Shown here: piece after piece, positions 46,766-56,314 of the stretch | Layout of the letters: every line of letters starts with the position of its first letter | How positions within the stretch are numbered: position 1 is the first letter of the stretch | Assembly (NCBI GenBank): GCA_041658985.1 | Contig: JBAZZC010000002.1 | Coordinates: 17,120-81,119, forward strand | From: Minisyncoccota bacterium | Lineage (GTDB): Bacteria; Patescibacteriota; Minisyncoccia; Phycocordibacterales; DATDWN01 | Direction: 5' to 3' | DNA: 64,000 bases | Position numbers and translations under genes: made by a program | Notes under the pieces: model-generated | The model's input: the letters and a program-made list of their open reading frames with translations, nothing else | What the model was told of the DNA's origin: nothing | The model's database searches: none

Positions 46766-46987
46766 TTAGAAGGTTGGAGCTTTATTAACTATCAAATTTC
46801 TTATTACATCATCCAGCCAATTGTAAAGAATTTTGAAAAATGTTATTGCTGGTTGAATTATTTCTTGGGCCTTAGGTGACCTTAGCCATTCCAATAGGTC
46901 AAAATGCAAAAAATATTTTAAAGCTATTACCGCAATTATTAATAAAATTATTCTTCCTATAAAACCTTTATTGTTAGTTAAATTCAT
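46766..46987 (-). CDS. Small membrane protein with a prepilin-like KGFI N-terminus
   Basis: NNKGF followed by a hydrophobic helix; no Glu at +5. Confidence 0.6.
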   Translation of the reverse strand: MNLTNNKGFIGRIILLIIAVIALKYFLHFDLLEWLRSPKAQEIIQPAITFFKILYNWLDDVIRNLIVNKAPTF

Positions 46988-47004
46988 ATGGCTATATTAT
47001 AAAG

Positions 47005-48294
47005 TTATTTTGGAAAATATGCCAGAGGGTCCAAATAGGCTTTAATGTCGGCTAGGGGTATTATGGCTTGTTTGCATCCCCTACTATTTACATATTTTTC
47101 TATACGTACACCTTGGGTAGCATAAACACCTACATGTAGGTGTGGTCCTGTAGAATATCCTGTATTACCACTATATCCTATTAAATCACCAGTTTGTAAC
47201 TGTTGCCCAGTAGAGATACTAATTACAGACAGATGCCCATATACAGTAGATAATCCATTATTGTGTTTTATCATAACCCACTTACCAAAGGAATAACATC
47301 CGGAGTACAAATCTGTATTGCCGGTGCCAGCTACCACCCCATCCAAGACGTTTTTTACTCTTGTGCCGACACTAGCTCTAAAATCTATACCATTGTGTGT
47401 CCCCGATGCATATAACTTCTCTGCCCCAACTGTTTTACCGAATTTTTGTGTAATAAACACATTATCTAATGGCCAAGATAATAAACCTGTCTTAGCAACT
47501 GGATATCGCGTCTTATCAATAGCGATATTTAATTGAGATTCATATTCGTAAACCTCTTGTTCAAACTGAGCTTTTTGCTCTTCTTTTGTTTTGACTAATT
47601 GTTTAAAGGCCTCTTCTTTGTTTTTTGTCTGAACCAACAAATTTTCCTTCTCTTTTGTGGTATATATCACCGCCTGTTTTTTTCCATTCAAATCTTGTTT
47701 TAGGTTAATTAAATTATTTTTTTGTCCCTTCAGGGCTGATTGTTTTATTTCCATTTCTGCTTTTAAAACAGACAATTCCTTTGATTTATTTATTATCACA
47801 TCTTGTGTTTCTTTTATATTATCTATTTCATTCCAGATATCACCAATGTTTTTATTTGATAGAATTATTTGGACAATATTTATATCTTCCAAGATACGTG
47901 TCTCTTGTATGGCATTGATTATAGCTTCTTTGTTTACATCAATATTAGTCTTTGTCTTTTCTATCTCGTCACCCAGTTGTTCTATCGTTAAGACCGTCTT
48001 GTTTATCTTATTTTCGGTTAAGTTAATATCTGCTCCTATTTTCTTTTTGGTTAAATCTAATGTTTTTAGAGTATTTTTTAGAGTTGTAGCCTCTTTATTT
48101 GCACTATTAACCTCTTCATTGTATTGTTTTATCTCTTCTTCTAAATGTTTTATCAAAATATTACGTTCCTCAATTTTTATCAGAATATCGTCCTTATTTT
48201 CTATACTAGTTTGGGCTATCACCATAGAAAACGGACTAATACTTAAAAAAAGAGATAATAGAAAAAATAATATATAGATATTTTGTTTAAACAT
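47005..48294 (-). CDS. Coiled-coil plus M23 metallopeptidase (cell-wall endopeptidase)
   Basis: Signal peptide, long coiled coil, HNGIDF, YGHLS, SGNTG.STGPHLH. Confidence 0.9.
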   Translation of the reverse strand: MFKQNIYILFFLLSLFLSISPFSMVIAQTSIENKDDILIKIEERNILIKHLEEEIKQYNEEVNSANKEATTLKNTLKTLDLTKKKIGADINLTENKINKTVLTIEQLGDEIEKTKTNIDVNKEAIINAIQETRILEDINIVQIILSNKNIGDIWNEIDNIKETQDVIINKSKELSVLKAEMEIKQSALKGQKNNLINLKQDLNGKKQAVIYTTKEKENLLVQTKNKEEAFKQLVKTKEEQKAQFEQEVYEYESQLNIAIDKTRYPVAKTGLLSWPLDNVFITQKFGKTVGAEKLYASGTHNGIDFRASVGTRVKNVLDGVVAGTGNTDLYSGCYSFGKWVMIKHNNGLSTVYGHLSVISISTGQQLQTGDLIGYSGNTGYSTGPHLHVGVYATQGVRIEKYVNSRGCKQAIIPLADIKAYLDPLAYFPK

Positions 48295-48307
48295 ACATTT
48301 TATTTCC

Positions 48308-49666
48308 TTAGGATAGCTTTTTTATTGCTTGATTAATTCGAGAAACTGTTTCATCTCTTCCCATTATATAAATAAGAGTAAATGGGTCTGGGCTTTTGTC
48401 TCTACCGGACATTGCTACTCGAAGTGGCCACAGGACTTCCCCACGACCATTTTGTGTGGCATAATCAAATAAGAGGTTTTTTATTTCTTCTGAACCCAAA
48501 AAAGATTCTTCTGGTGTGTTTTCCAGAACATTTAACACAAATTGTAGGTGTTTTTTGGTTTCTTCTGGTGTTTGGTTTCCTTTCCAAAACAACAAATCTT
48601 TTTCGTATTGTGGGGGACTCCAATAATAATCTAACTCCCCTCCCCTAACCATCTCGTCTATATCTCCCCATTTTGATATGTGGTCAAAAATTATTGGGCA
48701 CAATTTTTGTAGAAATTTTTCATCACCGTTGATTGAGTTATTTTTTAAACGGCTTAAAATTTCTTGGTTTCGTTCACTTTCCGGCATTAATTTCATGTGT
48801 TCTTTATTAAGCCAGTCCAACTTTTCTGGATTAAAAACCCCACCTCCTTTTTGTATCTTTGAGATATCAAATTTTTCTATGAGTTCAGACAAACTAAAAA
48901 CTTCTTGCTCTCCACCAGGATTCCAACCATTTAAGGCCATGAAATTTAGCAGGGCGTCTGGCAAATAACCGAGCCTTTTATATTCAATGGCTGGAAGAAC
49001 CGACTCATCTCGTTTAGATAGTTTGGCCCTTTCTTTGTTTAGGATAAGCGGTAGATGGGCATATATAGGTCTTGGAGCACCTATAGCCTCTTGAATCAAA
49101 ATTTGACGTGCTGTATTTGGTGTATGTTCTTGGCCTCTAATCACATGTGTTATTCCCATTTCAAAATCATCTATGACAGCTGTTAGATGGTACAAAGGTT
49201 CATTGATATCTCGAGCAATAATAAAATCTCCAAGGTCGGTTGTATCTACTGTTATATCTCCTAGAACTAAATCATTAAATGTAATTTTTTTGTTTGGATT
49301 TTTAAAACGAATAACTTCTTCTCTCTGACCCTCTTCCGTTGGTGTTTCCTTAGAGATGTAGGCAAAACCACCCTCGATCATTTTTTGTATGTATTTTTGA
49401 TGAATTTCCAACCTGTCAGATTGTCTAAAAAACAAATCATGTTTTAAGCCAAGCCATTCAAAGAGTTCAAGAAATTCATCCTCATATTCTCTTCTTGACC
49501 TTTCTTTGTCTGTGTCCTCACTTCGTAATATATAAGTTCCGTTATTTTGTCTCGCAAACAAAAAATTATATAAAGCAGAACGAATTCCACCAACATGAAA
49601 ATGGCCAGTTGGAGATGGCGCAAATCTAGTTATTACTTTATTTGTATTATTCATCATTTGTATCAC
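48308..49666 (-). CDS. gltX: Glutamate--tRNA ligase
   Basis: TRFAPSPTG.FHVG, R.EDTD, THVIRG.EH, KLSKR. Confidence 0.96.
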   Translation of the reverse strand: MIQMMNNTNKVITRFAPSPTGHFHVGGIRSALYNFLFARQNNGTYILRSEDTDKERSRREYEDEFLELFEWLGLKHDLFFRQSDRLEIHQKYIQKMIEGGFAYISKETPTEEGQREEVIRFKNPNKKITFNDLVLGDITVDTTDLGDFIIARDINEPLYHLTAVIDDFEMGITHVIRGQEHTPNTARQILIQEAIGAPRPIYAHLPLILNKERAKLSKRDESVLPAIEYKRLGYLPDALLNFMALNGWNPGGEQEVFSLSELIEKFDISKIQKGGGVFNPEKLDWLNKEHMKLMPESERNQEILSRLKNNSINGDEKFLQKLCPIIFDHISKWGDIDEMVRGGELDYYWSPPQYEKDLLFWKGNQTPEETKKHLQFVLNVLENTPEESFLGSEEIKNLLFDYATQNGRGEVLWPLRVAMSGRDKSPDPFTLIYIMGRDETVSRINQAIKKLS

Positions 49667-49704
49667 TTTATGGACTTTATAAACTTTACAGACTTTTAAC
49701 TATT

Positions 49705-50844
49705 TTACTTCTCATGTTCTAGAGCTATCGCCAAAATCTCTTGTGCTATTAATTTTGCTGAGTCTCTACGTGCAAATTCTTGTGCACATTTTTCCATTTT
49801 TTCTTTTTCTCCTGGTGTCTCAAGAATTCTATCAATTTCTGAAACCAACAAACTTCCCGCTAAATTTTTTTCTTCTATTACAATCGCTGCTCCAGACCTG
49901 GCATATGAATACGCGTTTGTTCTTTGGTCGTGTGATGTTGGCTCCGGAATTGGAATAATTATGGAAGGTTTTCCCCAAGAGGCAATCTCAAAAATAGTTG
50001 ACCCCGCTCTAGAAACTATAAGATTTGCTACACCGGCGGCAGCTCTCAAATTTAATGTGTTTAAATAATCAAATGGTTTATAGCGATTTTTCAGTGGGTT
50101 ACCCTGTAAAACGACATCTCGTGTTTCTTCAATGATTTTTATGTTTTTTCTACCAGTCTGGTGCACGATTTGATACTTCTTTATTAATTCTGGCAATGCA
50201 TCCATTAAGACTTCATTAATAAAAACTGAACCTGTTGAACCCCCTATGACAAAAATGGTTGGGATACCTTCTGTCAGCTCTAATATTTTAAAAGCCCCGA
50301 CAGTTAATGGTTCTTGCACTTCTTTCCTTATTGGGTTTCCCGTATAGGCTACTTTTTCTTTTTTAAAAAATTTTATAGCTTCAGGATATGAAATGGCGAT
50401 GCGACGGGCAAATTTACCAGCCCAGGCGTTTACTTTGCCCGGGGTACTATCTGATTCATGTATAATCACGGGTATTCGTAATATTCTTGCTGCAAAAAGA
50501 GCGGGAAAACTAGCATAACCCCCCTTACCAAAGACGACATCTGGATATATTACAAAAACTCTCCAGAGCGCACCGAGAGAACCAAAAAATATTTTAAATA
50601 AATCAATAAAGTTTAGAAATATGTTAAGTGGAGAAAGATTCCTTCGTATTTTACCAGAATTTACCGCCTCAAAACTTATATTATTTTGAAATAATAAATT
50701 CTCATTATAGGGCTCAGTAGACATATAATAAATCTGAGGCTGAAGAAGATGGTTTTCTTTTACCATTTGGTTAATTTCTTCCACAATAGCAATAATGGGA
50801 TAAAAATGACCCCCAGTACCGCCTCCAGTAAATAATAGTTTCAT
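49705..50844 (-). CDS. murG: MurG N-acetylglucosaminyltransferase
   Basis: GGGTGGH, GGY.S.P, HESD, TGNPIR, GGS.G, SRAG, Q..NA. True start is MKLLF; the upstream MSFSTTG is repeat-derived. Confidence 0.95.
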   Translation of the reverse strand: MKLLFTGGGTGGHFYPIIAIVEEINQMVKENHLLQPQIYYMSTEPYNENLLFQNNISFEAVNSGKIRRNLSPLNIFLNFIDLFKIFFGSLGALWRVFVIYPDVVFGKGGYASFPALFAARILRIPVIIHESDSTPGKVNAWAGKFARRIAISYPEAIKFFKKEKVAYTGNPIRKEVQEPLTVGAFKILELTEGIPTIFVIGGSTGSVFINEVLMDALPELIKKYQIVHQTGRKNIKIIEETRDVVLQGNPLKNRYKPFDYLNTLNLRAAAGVANLIVSRAGSTIFEIASWGKPSIIIPIPEPTSHDQRTNAYSYARSGAAIVIEEKNLAGSLLVSEIDRILETPGEKEKMEKCAQEFARRDSAKLIAQEILAIALEHEK

Positions 50845-51041
50845 CCCAGTAGTAGAAAATGACATCGCTCTGCGAGCTGACAATCTTTTTCTATATTATA
50901 TCCACTAAATTTCGACTTATTCATCGTATGTTTTATTTATTTGGTTATTAATGTCATTTACACTACTGGGTTAATCCCGTAGTGAAGTTGGTATCTAGAC
51001 CTACATGCACTTTAGTGCAATGCCGACTTCTACTATCGGGA
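50844..51041 (-). repeat. Composite two-hairpin element filling the ftsW-murG junction
   Basis: Homologous to 23118-23291, same orientation relative to transcription. Confidence 0.85.
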
Positions 51042-52163
51042 TTTTTGGTTTTTAGATATATTCAATACTATCCCAACCTCCAAAAGAGTCATAAACAAGG
51101 CTGTTCCACCGTGGCTTATGAATGGAAGAGTAATTCCAGATAATGGCAATACCCCGACCATTGCTCCTATATTTACGAAGGCTTGAGACATTATCATTAT
51201 AACAATTCCCACCACCACAAGTCTACCAAAAAGATCTGGGGTTTTAGAGGCTATTTTCAATCCTCGGAAAGCAAAAAACATGAAAAGCAAAATTATACCA
51301 ATACCACCCACAAAACCAAACTCCTCACAAGCTACGGCAAAAATTGAGTCCCCAATAGGTTCTGGTAAAACATTAAATTTTTGTATACTTTGACCAAATC
51401 CTCTACCGAATATTCCTCCTGAACCTATAGCAATAAGTGATTGTTGAATTTGATATCCACTACCGAGAGCATTTGAAGATGGGTTAATAAAAGTTTCAAT
51501 TCTACTCATAATATATGGTGTTGATAAAGCTACTCCTATAAAAACAAGCATTCCAATAACTCCTGACGCTAAAACATATCTCCACCGACCATTTCCAGTT
51601 AAGAAAATAGCTAGACCAGTCACGGCTGTTATGACAAAAGTGTCGGTGTCTGGTTGTTTTAATAAAATTACTCCAACTAAAACAATCATTATTAAAAATG
51701 GTAAAAATCCATATCTAAAGGTTTGATTTTTATCTTTGACCCGTGCTATCCATGCAGAAAGGAAGATTATAAAGCCTATTTTGAGAAACTCTGATGGTTG
51801 AAAAGTCAAAAATCCGAGATTTATCCAACGACTTGCCCCGCCGTGTTTTATTCCTAAACCAGGCATAAAGACCAAAAGAGTTATAATGATGGAAAACAGA
51901 AAAATAAAAAGAGAATATTTTCTATATATTTTATAATCTATCTGGGAAACAATAGCGCATGCTAAAACACCCAAAAATAAACCAAAAAATGTCTGATTAA
52001 AAGCAACATTTGCGTACTTTGCTGTTTGTGTAGATAAAAGACCAAAAGAGGCAGAAGTAAAAATCAAATAACCAACTCCTACAAGTATGATAATAGAAAC
52101 CAAAAACAGTGTATCAACTTTTATTTTTCTCATTTTAAGTGCACCAGATTTAAAACTCATCAA
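51033..52163 (-). CDS. ftsW: SEDS peptidoglycan polymerase FtsW (likely start 52133)
   Basis: GA.RWI, QPSEF.K, QPD, GYQ..QS..AIGSGG..GRG.G, LP.ISHGG. Confidence 0.93.
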   Translation of the reverse strand: MMSFKSGALKMRKIKVDTLFLVSIIILVGVGYLIFTSASFGLLSTQTAKYANVAFNQTFFGLFLGVLACAIVSQIDYKIYRKYSLFIFLFSIIITLLVFMPGLGIKHGGASRWINLGFLTFQPSEFLKIGFIIFLSAWIARVKDKNQTFRYGFLPFLIMIVLVGVILLKQPDTDTFVITAVTGLAIFLTGNGRWRYVLASGVIGMLVFIGVALSTPYIMSRIETFINPSSNALGSGYQIQQSLIAIGSGGIFGRGFGQSIQKFNVLPEPIGDSIFAVACEEFGFVGGIGIILLFMFFAFRGLKIASKTPDLFGRLVVVGIVIMIMSQAFVNIGAMVGVLPLSGITLPFISHGGTALFMTLLEVGIVLNISKNQKSR

Positions 52164-53254
52164 CTGATTAGTGCCAATATTACTCCACTAATAGCAAAAA
52201 CCACACTAATTACCCAGTACCTCATAACAATTTTTTCTCGAGACCAGCCAATCACTTCAAAATGATGATGAAGCGGAGCCACTTTAAAAACTCGATGTTT
52301 GTTGAAATATTTGTAAGAAATCATTTGAATAATAACCGAAAGTGAAGTGGCCACAAGCGGTATGGCGATGATAGGTAAAACCAAAACGGAATTTGTCAAA
52401 AAAGCAATTACAGAAAGAGTTACTGTAAGTCCAAGCATTCCAGTTTCTCCCATATAAAATCGTGCCGGAGGTATATTAAACCAAAGAAAAGCAAGTATTC
52501 CTCCAGCAATAACTCCGCAAAATGCAGCGATATCAATTTGATTGTTTGCAAAAGCTATAATGGAATAAGCAGTAAAAACAGTAGTCATTATTCCGCCAGA
52601 CAAACCGTCCATTCCATCAATAACACTTGTTGAAAAAACAGCAAGCATCACCATTATAAAAAATGGTATAAACAAAAGACCTAATTCCAATTCTCCACTA
52701 AAAGGAATATGAACAGTAGAAATTTCTAATTTATCATAAAACCAAAGACTTATAACTAGACCAATCAGAATCACACAAATGATTTTTATATTTCCATAAA
52801 GAGAGGGGTCTTTGGTGTACCCTTCCTTACCAAATATTTGCAATAAATCATCTAAAAGACCAATAAGAGAAGCAAGAACCAAAACAGCGAGTGGTATTAA
52901 AGTTTGACTACGACTAAAAAAATTAAGTTTTTCGGTTATATCTCCAGGAAAAATAATTGATAATAAATATATTATTAATACAGTCAATAATACTGAAACC
53001 CAAATAATAATTCCTCCTATTCTTGGAGTAGATAATTCTTCTTTAGTGTTGTGTACTTTTGCAAAATCGTCGGTCGTTATATCAGACTCCGTACGTGGAG
53101 ACTTTCTCCACATTTTATATTTATAAAATAAATTTGTAAAAAACGGTGTAATCAAAATAGCTAAAAAGAAGGTTAAAATTGATGGGACCACAACTTTTAT
53201 TACATTCATGATTATCATTTGGAATTTATAGATTTTACAAACACATTGTACCAC
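52160..53254 (-). CDS. mraY: Phospho-N-acetylmuramoyl-pentapeptide transferase (likely start near 53209-53218)
   Basis: TPR.GG, G..DD, DG.DGL, FLWFN.PPA..YMG.TG, APLHHHFE..GW. Confidence 0.94.
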   Translation of the reverse strand: MVQCVCKIYKFQMIIMNVIKVVVPSILTFFLAILITPFFTNLFYKYKMWRKSPRTESDITTDDFAKVHNTKEELSTPRIGGIIIWVSVLLTVLIIYLLSIIFPGDITEKLNFFSRSQTLIPLAVLVLASLIGLLDDLLQIFGKEGYTKDPSLYGNIKIICVILIGLVISLWFYDKLEISTVHIPFSGELELGLLFIPFFIMVMLAVFSTSVIDGMDGLSGGIMTTVFTAYSIIAFANNQIDIAAFCGVIAGGILAFLWFNIPPARFYMGETGMLGLTVTLSVIAFLTNSVLVLPIIAIPLVATSLSVIIQMISYKYFNKHRVFKVAPLHHHFEVIGWSREKIVMRYWVISVVFAISGVILALIS

Positions 53255-55056
53255 AAAGAGAGCATCAATAATAAGTAGATTTTTCTTGAATTATCAGCGG
53301 ATTTTAATAGGTGGTCATCTATTAATTTTTTTATAAATTCAACATTCATGTGGCTTTTTATGTAGTCGTTATTTATGATTGTCTCATAGACATCAGTCCT
53401 ACTTTCATTAAACCAACTCTTAATAGGAATTGGAAAACCGAGCTTTTTTCTGTTTCTGGTGGTTTCTGGCACTATTTTTTGAAAAGCCTCTCGAAGCAGG
53501 TATTTAGTTATGCCCCCACGCCATTTAAAACTGTCTGGAAGGGTTTTAGCCAGGTTTGCCACCTCTAAGTCAAGAAAAGGTACCCGAAGCTCTAAAGAAT
53601 TAGCCATAGTCATTTTATCAGCTTTTGCTAGTATATCCCCTACTAACCAGGTATTTATATCTATATATTGCATCTTGGTTGAGTCACTTAAACTAGAGAC
53701 TTTTTTATACAAAGAATCTAAAGAAATTTCTTTCATTTTGTTTCCAACCCAAAGCTTTTCTAAATCCTTATTCTTGAAGACGGAGGCGTTGCCTATGTAC
53801 CAGTTCTCCAGCTTATAATATACTCTACGAATATAATTTTTACCCCAAAATTCAAAAGGTATTTTCAATATTACACCGAGGCCCTGCCTCGGTAACCATG
53901 AGATTTTTTGGGAAGCAAAAGGTGCGAGGTAAATATTGTATCCACCAAAAAGCTCATCCGCTCCTTCGCCCGACAATACTACTGTAACGTGTTTTCTAGC
54001 TTCGCGGGCAATAAAATATAATCCAATAGCCGAAGGGTCAGCAACCGGCTCATCAAAATGGTAAACCGCTTTAGGTAAAATGTTGAAATATTCATCCTCA
54101 TTAATTTTTATTTCAACATGGTTTGTACCAAGATAATCAGATGTTTCACTTGCTTCCTTTCCTTCAGTTAGGGTATCAAAACCAACTGTAAAAGTTCTTA
54201 TCTTCTTATCCCCTCTAATTTCCTGCATTAAAGTTGTAATAATTGAACTATCTATTCCTCCAGAAAGAAAGGTTCCAACAGGAACATCGGCTATCATATG
54301 ATGTGCTACGGAATCCTTAATGGTTTCATAAATTATTTTAGCTGTTTTATGTTCATCAAGACGGTTGTCTTGATGAAATTCAAAAGACCAATACTTTTCT
54401 ATGTGTGTTTCGTTGGTGATAAGGTCAATTAACAGGTAGTGGGCTGGAGGAAGTTTGTAGACATTCTTAAAAAATGTTTCGTTTAGAGGATTGTATTGAA
54501 ACGAAAGATAGTTTATAACAGCGTTGTCATTAATGTCTATTTTAAATGAGGGGAGAGCCAAAAAGCTTTTTATCTCCGATGAAAAAGCAATAACCCTACC
54601 ATCATCATTAACTAGATAGTATATTGGTTTTATACCAAAAAAATCTCTGGCAATAAATAGTTTTTTTGTTTCGGTATTATATATGGAAAAAGCGAACATA
54701 CCCCGCAATTTTGTAAGCATTTTTTCTCCATAAAATTCATACATATGCAGGATAACTTCAGTGTCTGATTCGGTCTTAAAAACACAACCATTTTTAATTA
54801 ATTCCCCTCTCAGTTCTTTGTAGTTGTATATTTCACCATTAAGAATAATTAATAGTTTTCCATCGGCCGAGGAGATTGGTTGCCTTCCTGTGGATAAGTC
54901 TATGATGGACAATCTTCTCATACCCAACCCCACATATTTATCAATATAAAAACCATCATCATCTGGACCACGATGAACTATCTTTGCCACCATATCTAAA
55001 ATTGGCTTTTCTTTTTCGGTTGTTTTTGGGTCAAAAAACCCAGCTATTCCACACAT
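53215..55056 (-). CDS. asnB: Asparagine synthase (glutamine-hydrolysing) family amidotransferase
   Basis: MCGIAG, HRGPD, RRLSIID, NGEIYN, LSGGIDSS, SGEGADELFGGY, ELRVPFLD. Confidence 0.93.
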   Translation of the reverse strand: MCGIAGFFDPKTTEKEKPILDMVAKIVHRGPDDDGFYIDKYVGLGMRRLSIIDLSTGRQPISSADGKLLIILNGEIYNYKELRGELIKNGCVFKTESDTEVILHMYEFYGEKMLTKLRGMFAFSIYNTETKKLFIARDFFGIKPIYYLVNDDGRVIAFSSEIKSFLALPSFKIDINDNAVINYLSFQYNPLNETFFKNVYKLPPAHYLLIDLITNETHIEKYWSFEFHQDNRLDEHKTAKIIYETIKDSVAHHMIADVPVGTFLSGGIDSSIITTLMQEIRGDKKIRTFTVGFDTLTEGKEASETSDYLGTNHVEIKINEDEYFNILPKAVYHFDEPVADPSAIGLYFIAREARKHVTVVLSGEGADELFGGYNIYLAPFASQKISWLPRQGLGVILKIPFEFWGKNYIRRVYYKLENWYIGNASVFKNKDLEKLWVGNKMKEISLDSLYKKVSSLSDSTKMQYIDINTWLVGDILAKADKMTMANSLELRVPFLDLEVANLAKTLPDSFKWRGGITKYLLREAFQKIVPETTRNRKKLGFPIPIKSWFNESRTDVYETIINNDYIKSHMNVEFIKKLIDDHLLKSADNSRKIYLLLMLSLWYNVFVKSINSK

Positions 55057-55064
55057 AGGAACAG

Positions 55065-55165
55065 TATACCCCGACACTAAGTTAATTCAAAATATTCAGA
55101 GATTTGGTTGATATTTTGATATTTCTACACAATAAACACCCGAGATATCTTAGTGTGGGGGTATA
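55065..55165. repeat. Fold-back element 8 nt upstream of the asnB start
   Basis: tataccccgacactaag ... cttagtgtgggggtata (17-bp IR, one mismatch). Confidence 0.75.
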
Positions 55166-55196
55166 TCTGAATACCTAAGACTTGTCTAAAAAAGCC

Positions 55197-56309
55197 CTAT
55201 CTTACAGATTTATATCCTCCTTTCACACCGTTTGGAGAAAGAACAATTTGCCAAAGTTCTATGTCTCTAGCCCTGAAAGCTCCGGCACAAGATAATAAAT
55301 AAAATTTCCACATTTTGTAAAATCTTTCCCCATATTTTTTTGATAATTTATCCCAATGATTATTAAAATTTAAGAACCAGGCACAAAGTGTTTTATCATA
55401 GTCCGCGCCAAAATTATGCCAATCTTCTACGACAAAAACATTTTCAACGGCTCTACTTATTTCTAAAAAAGAAGGGATTTTACCATTTGGAAAAATATAT
55501 TTTTCAATCCACGGATTTACTCCAAGGGTTGTAACGTCCTTTCCAATCGTGTGTAGAAGAAATAAACCACCGTCGTTAAGACACTTTTTTGCAATATTCA
55601 TATATACTGAATAATTTTTTACACCAACGTGTTCAAACATACCAAGAGAAACTATATGGTCAAATTTTTCATTTAAATCCCGGTAATCTTGAAGGCGAAT
55701 TTCTATTGGTAAACCAACACAACTTTCTTTAACAAGTGTAAGTTGTTCTTTTGATACAGTAATACCAACAACACTTACTCTATATTTTTCTGTGGCAAAC
55801 TTCATAAAACTTCCCCAACCACAACCTATATCAAGTATTCTTTGTCCTTCATGAAGATTTAATTTTTTACAAACTAAATCTAATTTATGTTCCTGAGCCT
55901 CGTCAAGATTACTGGCGTTTTTCCAATACGCACAAGTATAAACCATGCGCTTATCCAGCATAGCTTCAAATAAATCGTTGCCCAAGTCATAATGTTTTTT
56001 CCCAACCTCAAAAGCTTTTCTGTGTGTTCCAGGGTTTGTTAATAGTGCAGTTAAATATTGCAGTATATTTGGTAAATTAAAAGAGATTTTGTTTTGTGAC
56101 TTTGCTCTGATAATTCGAGACACACATTCATCAAGTTGTTCGCAATCCCACCACCCATCCATATATGATTCACCAAGGGCCAAAGCTCCTCCAACAAGTA
56201 TCCTAGAATAAAATCTATCATCATAAACTTTTATGTCAAAAGATCTTTCGCCATTTATTTTAATATCAGCAGGTTTTAATATATTTTCTATTATTTCTTT
56301 TGAGATCAT
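55197..56309 (-). CDS. cfa: Cyclopropane-fatty-acyl-phospholipid synthase
   Basis: LGESYMDGWW, HYDLGNDLF, LDIGCGWG, GMFEHVG, KYIFPNG, YLLSCAGAF. Confidence 0.94.
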   Translation of the reverse strand: MISKEIIENILKPADIKINGERSFDIKVYDDRFYSRILVGGALALGESYMDGWWDCEQLDECVSRIIRAKSQNKISFNLPNILQYLTALLTNPGTHRKAFEVGKKHYDLGNDLFEAMLDKRMVYTCAYWKNASNLDEAQEHKLDLVCKKLNLHEGQRILDIGCGWGSFMKFATEKYRVSVVGITVSKEQLTLVKESCVGLPIEIRLQDYRDLNEKFDHIVSLGMFEHVGVKNYSVYMNIAKKCLNDGGLFLLHTIGKDVTTLGVNPWIEKYIFPNGKIPSFLEISRAVENVFVVEDWHNFGADYDKTLCAWFLNFNNHWDKLSKKYGERFYKMWKFYLLSCAGAFRARDIELWQIVLSPNGVKGGYKSVR

Positions 56310-56314
56310 CTCGT

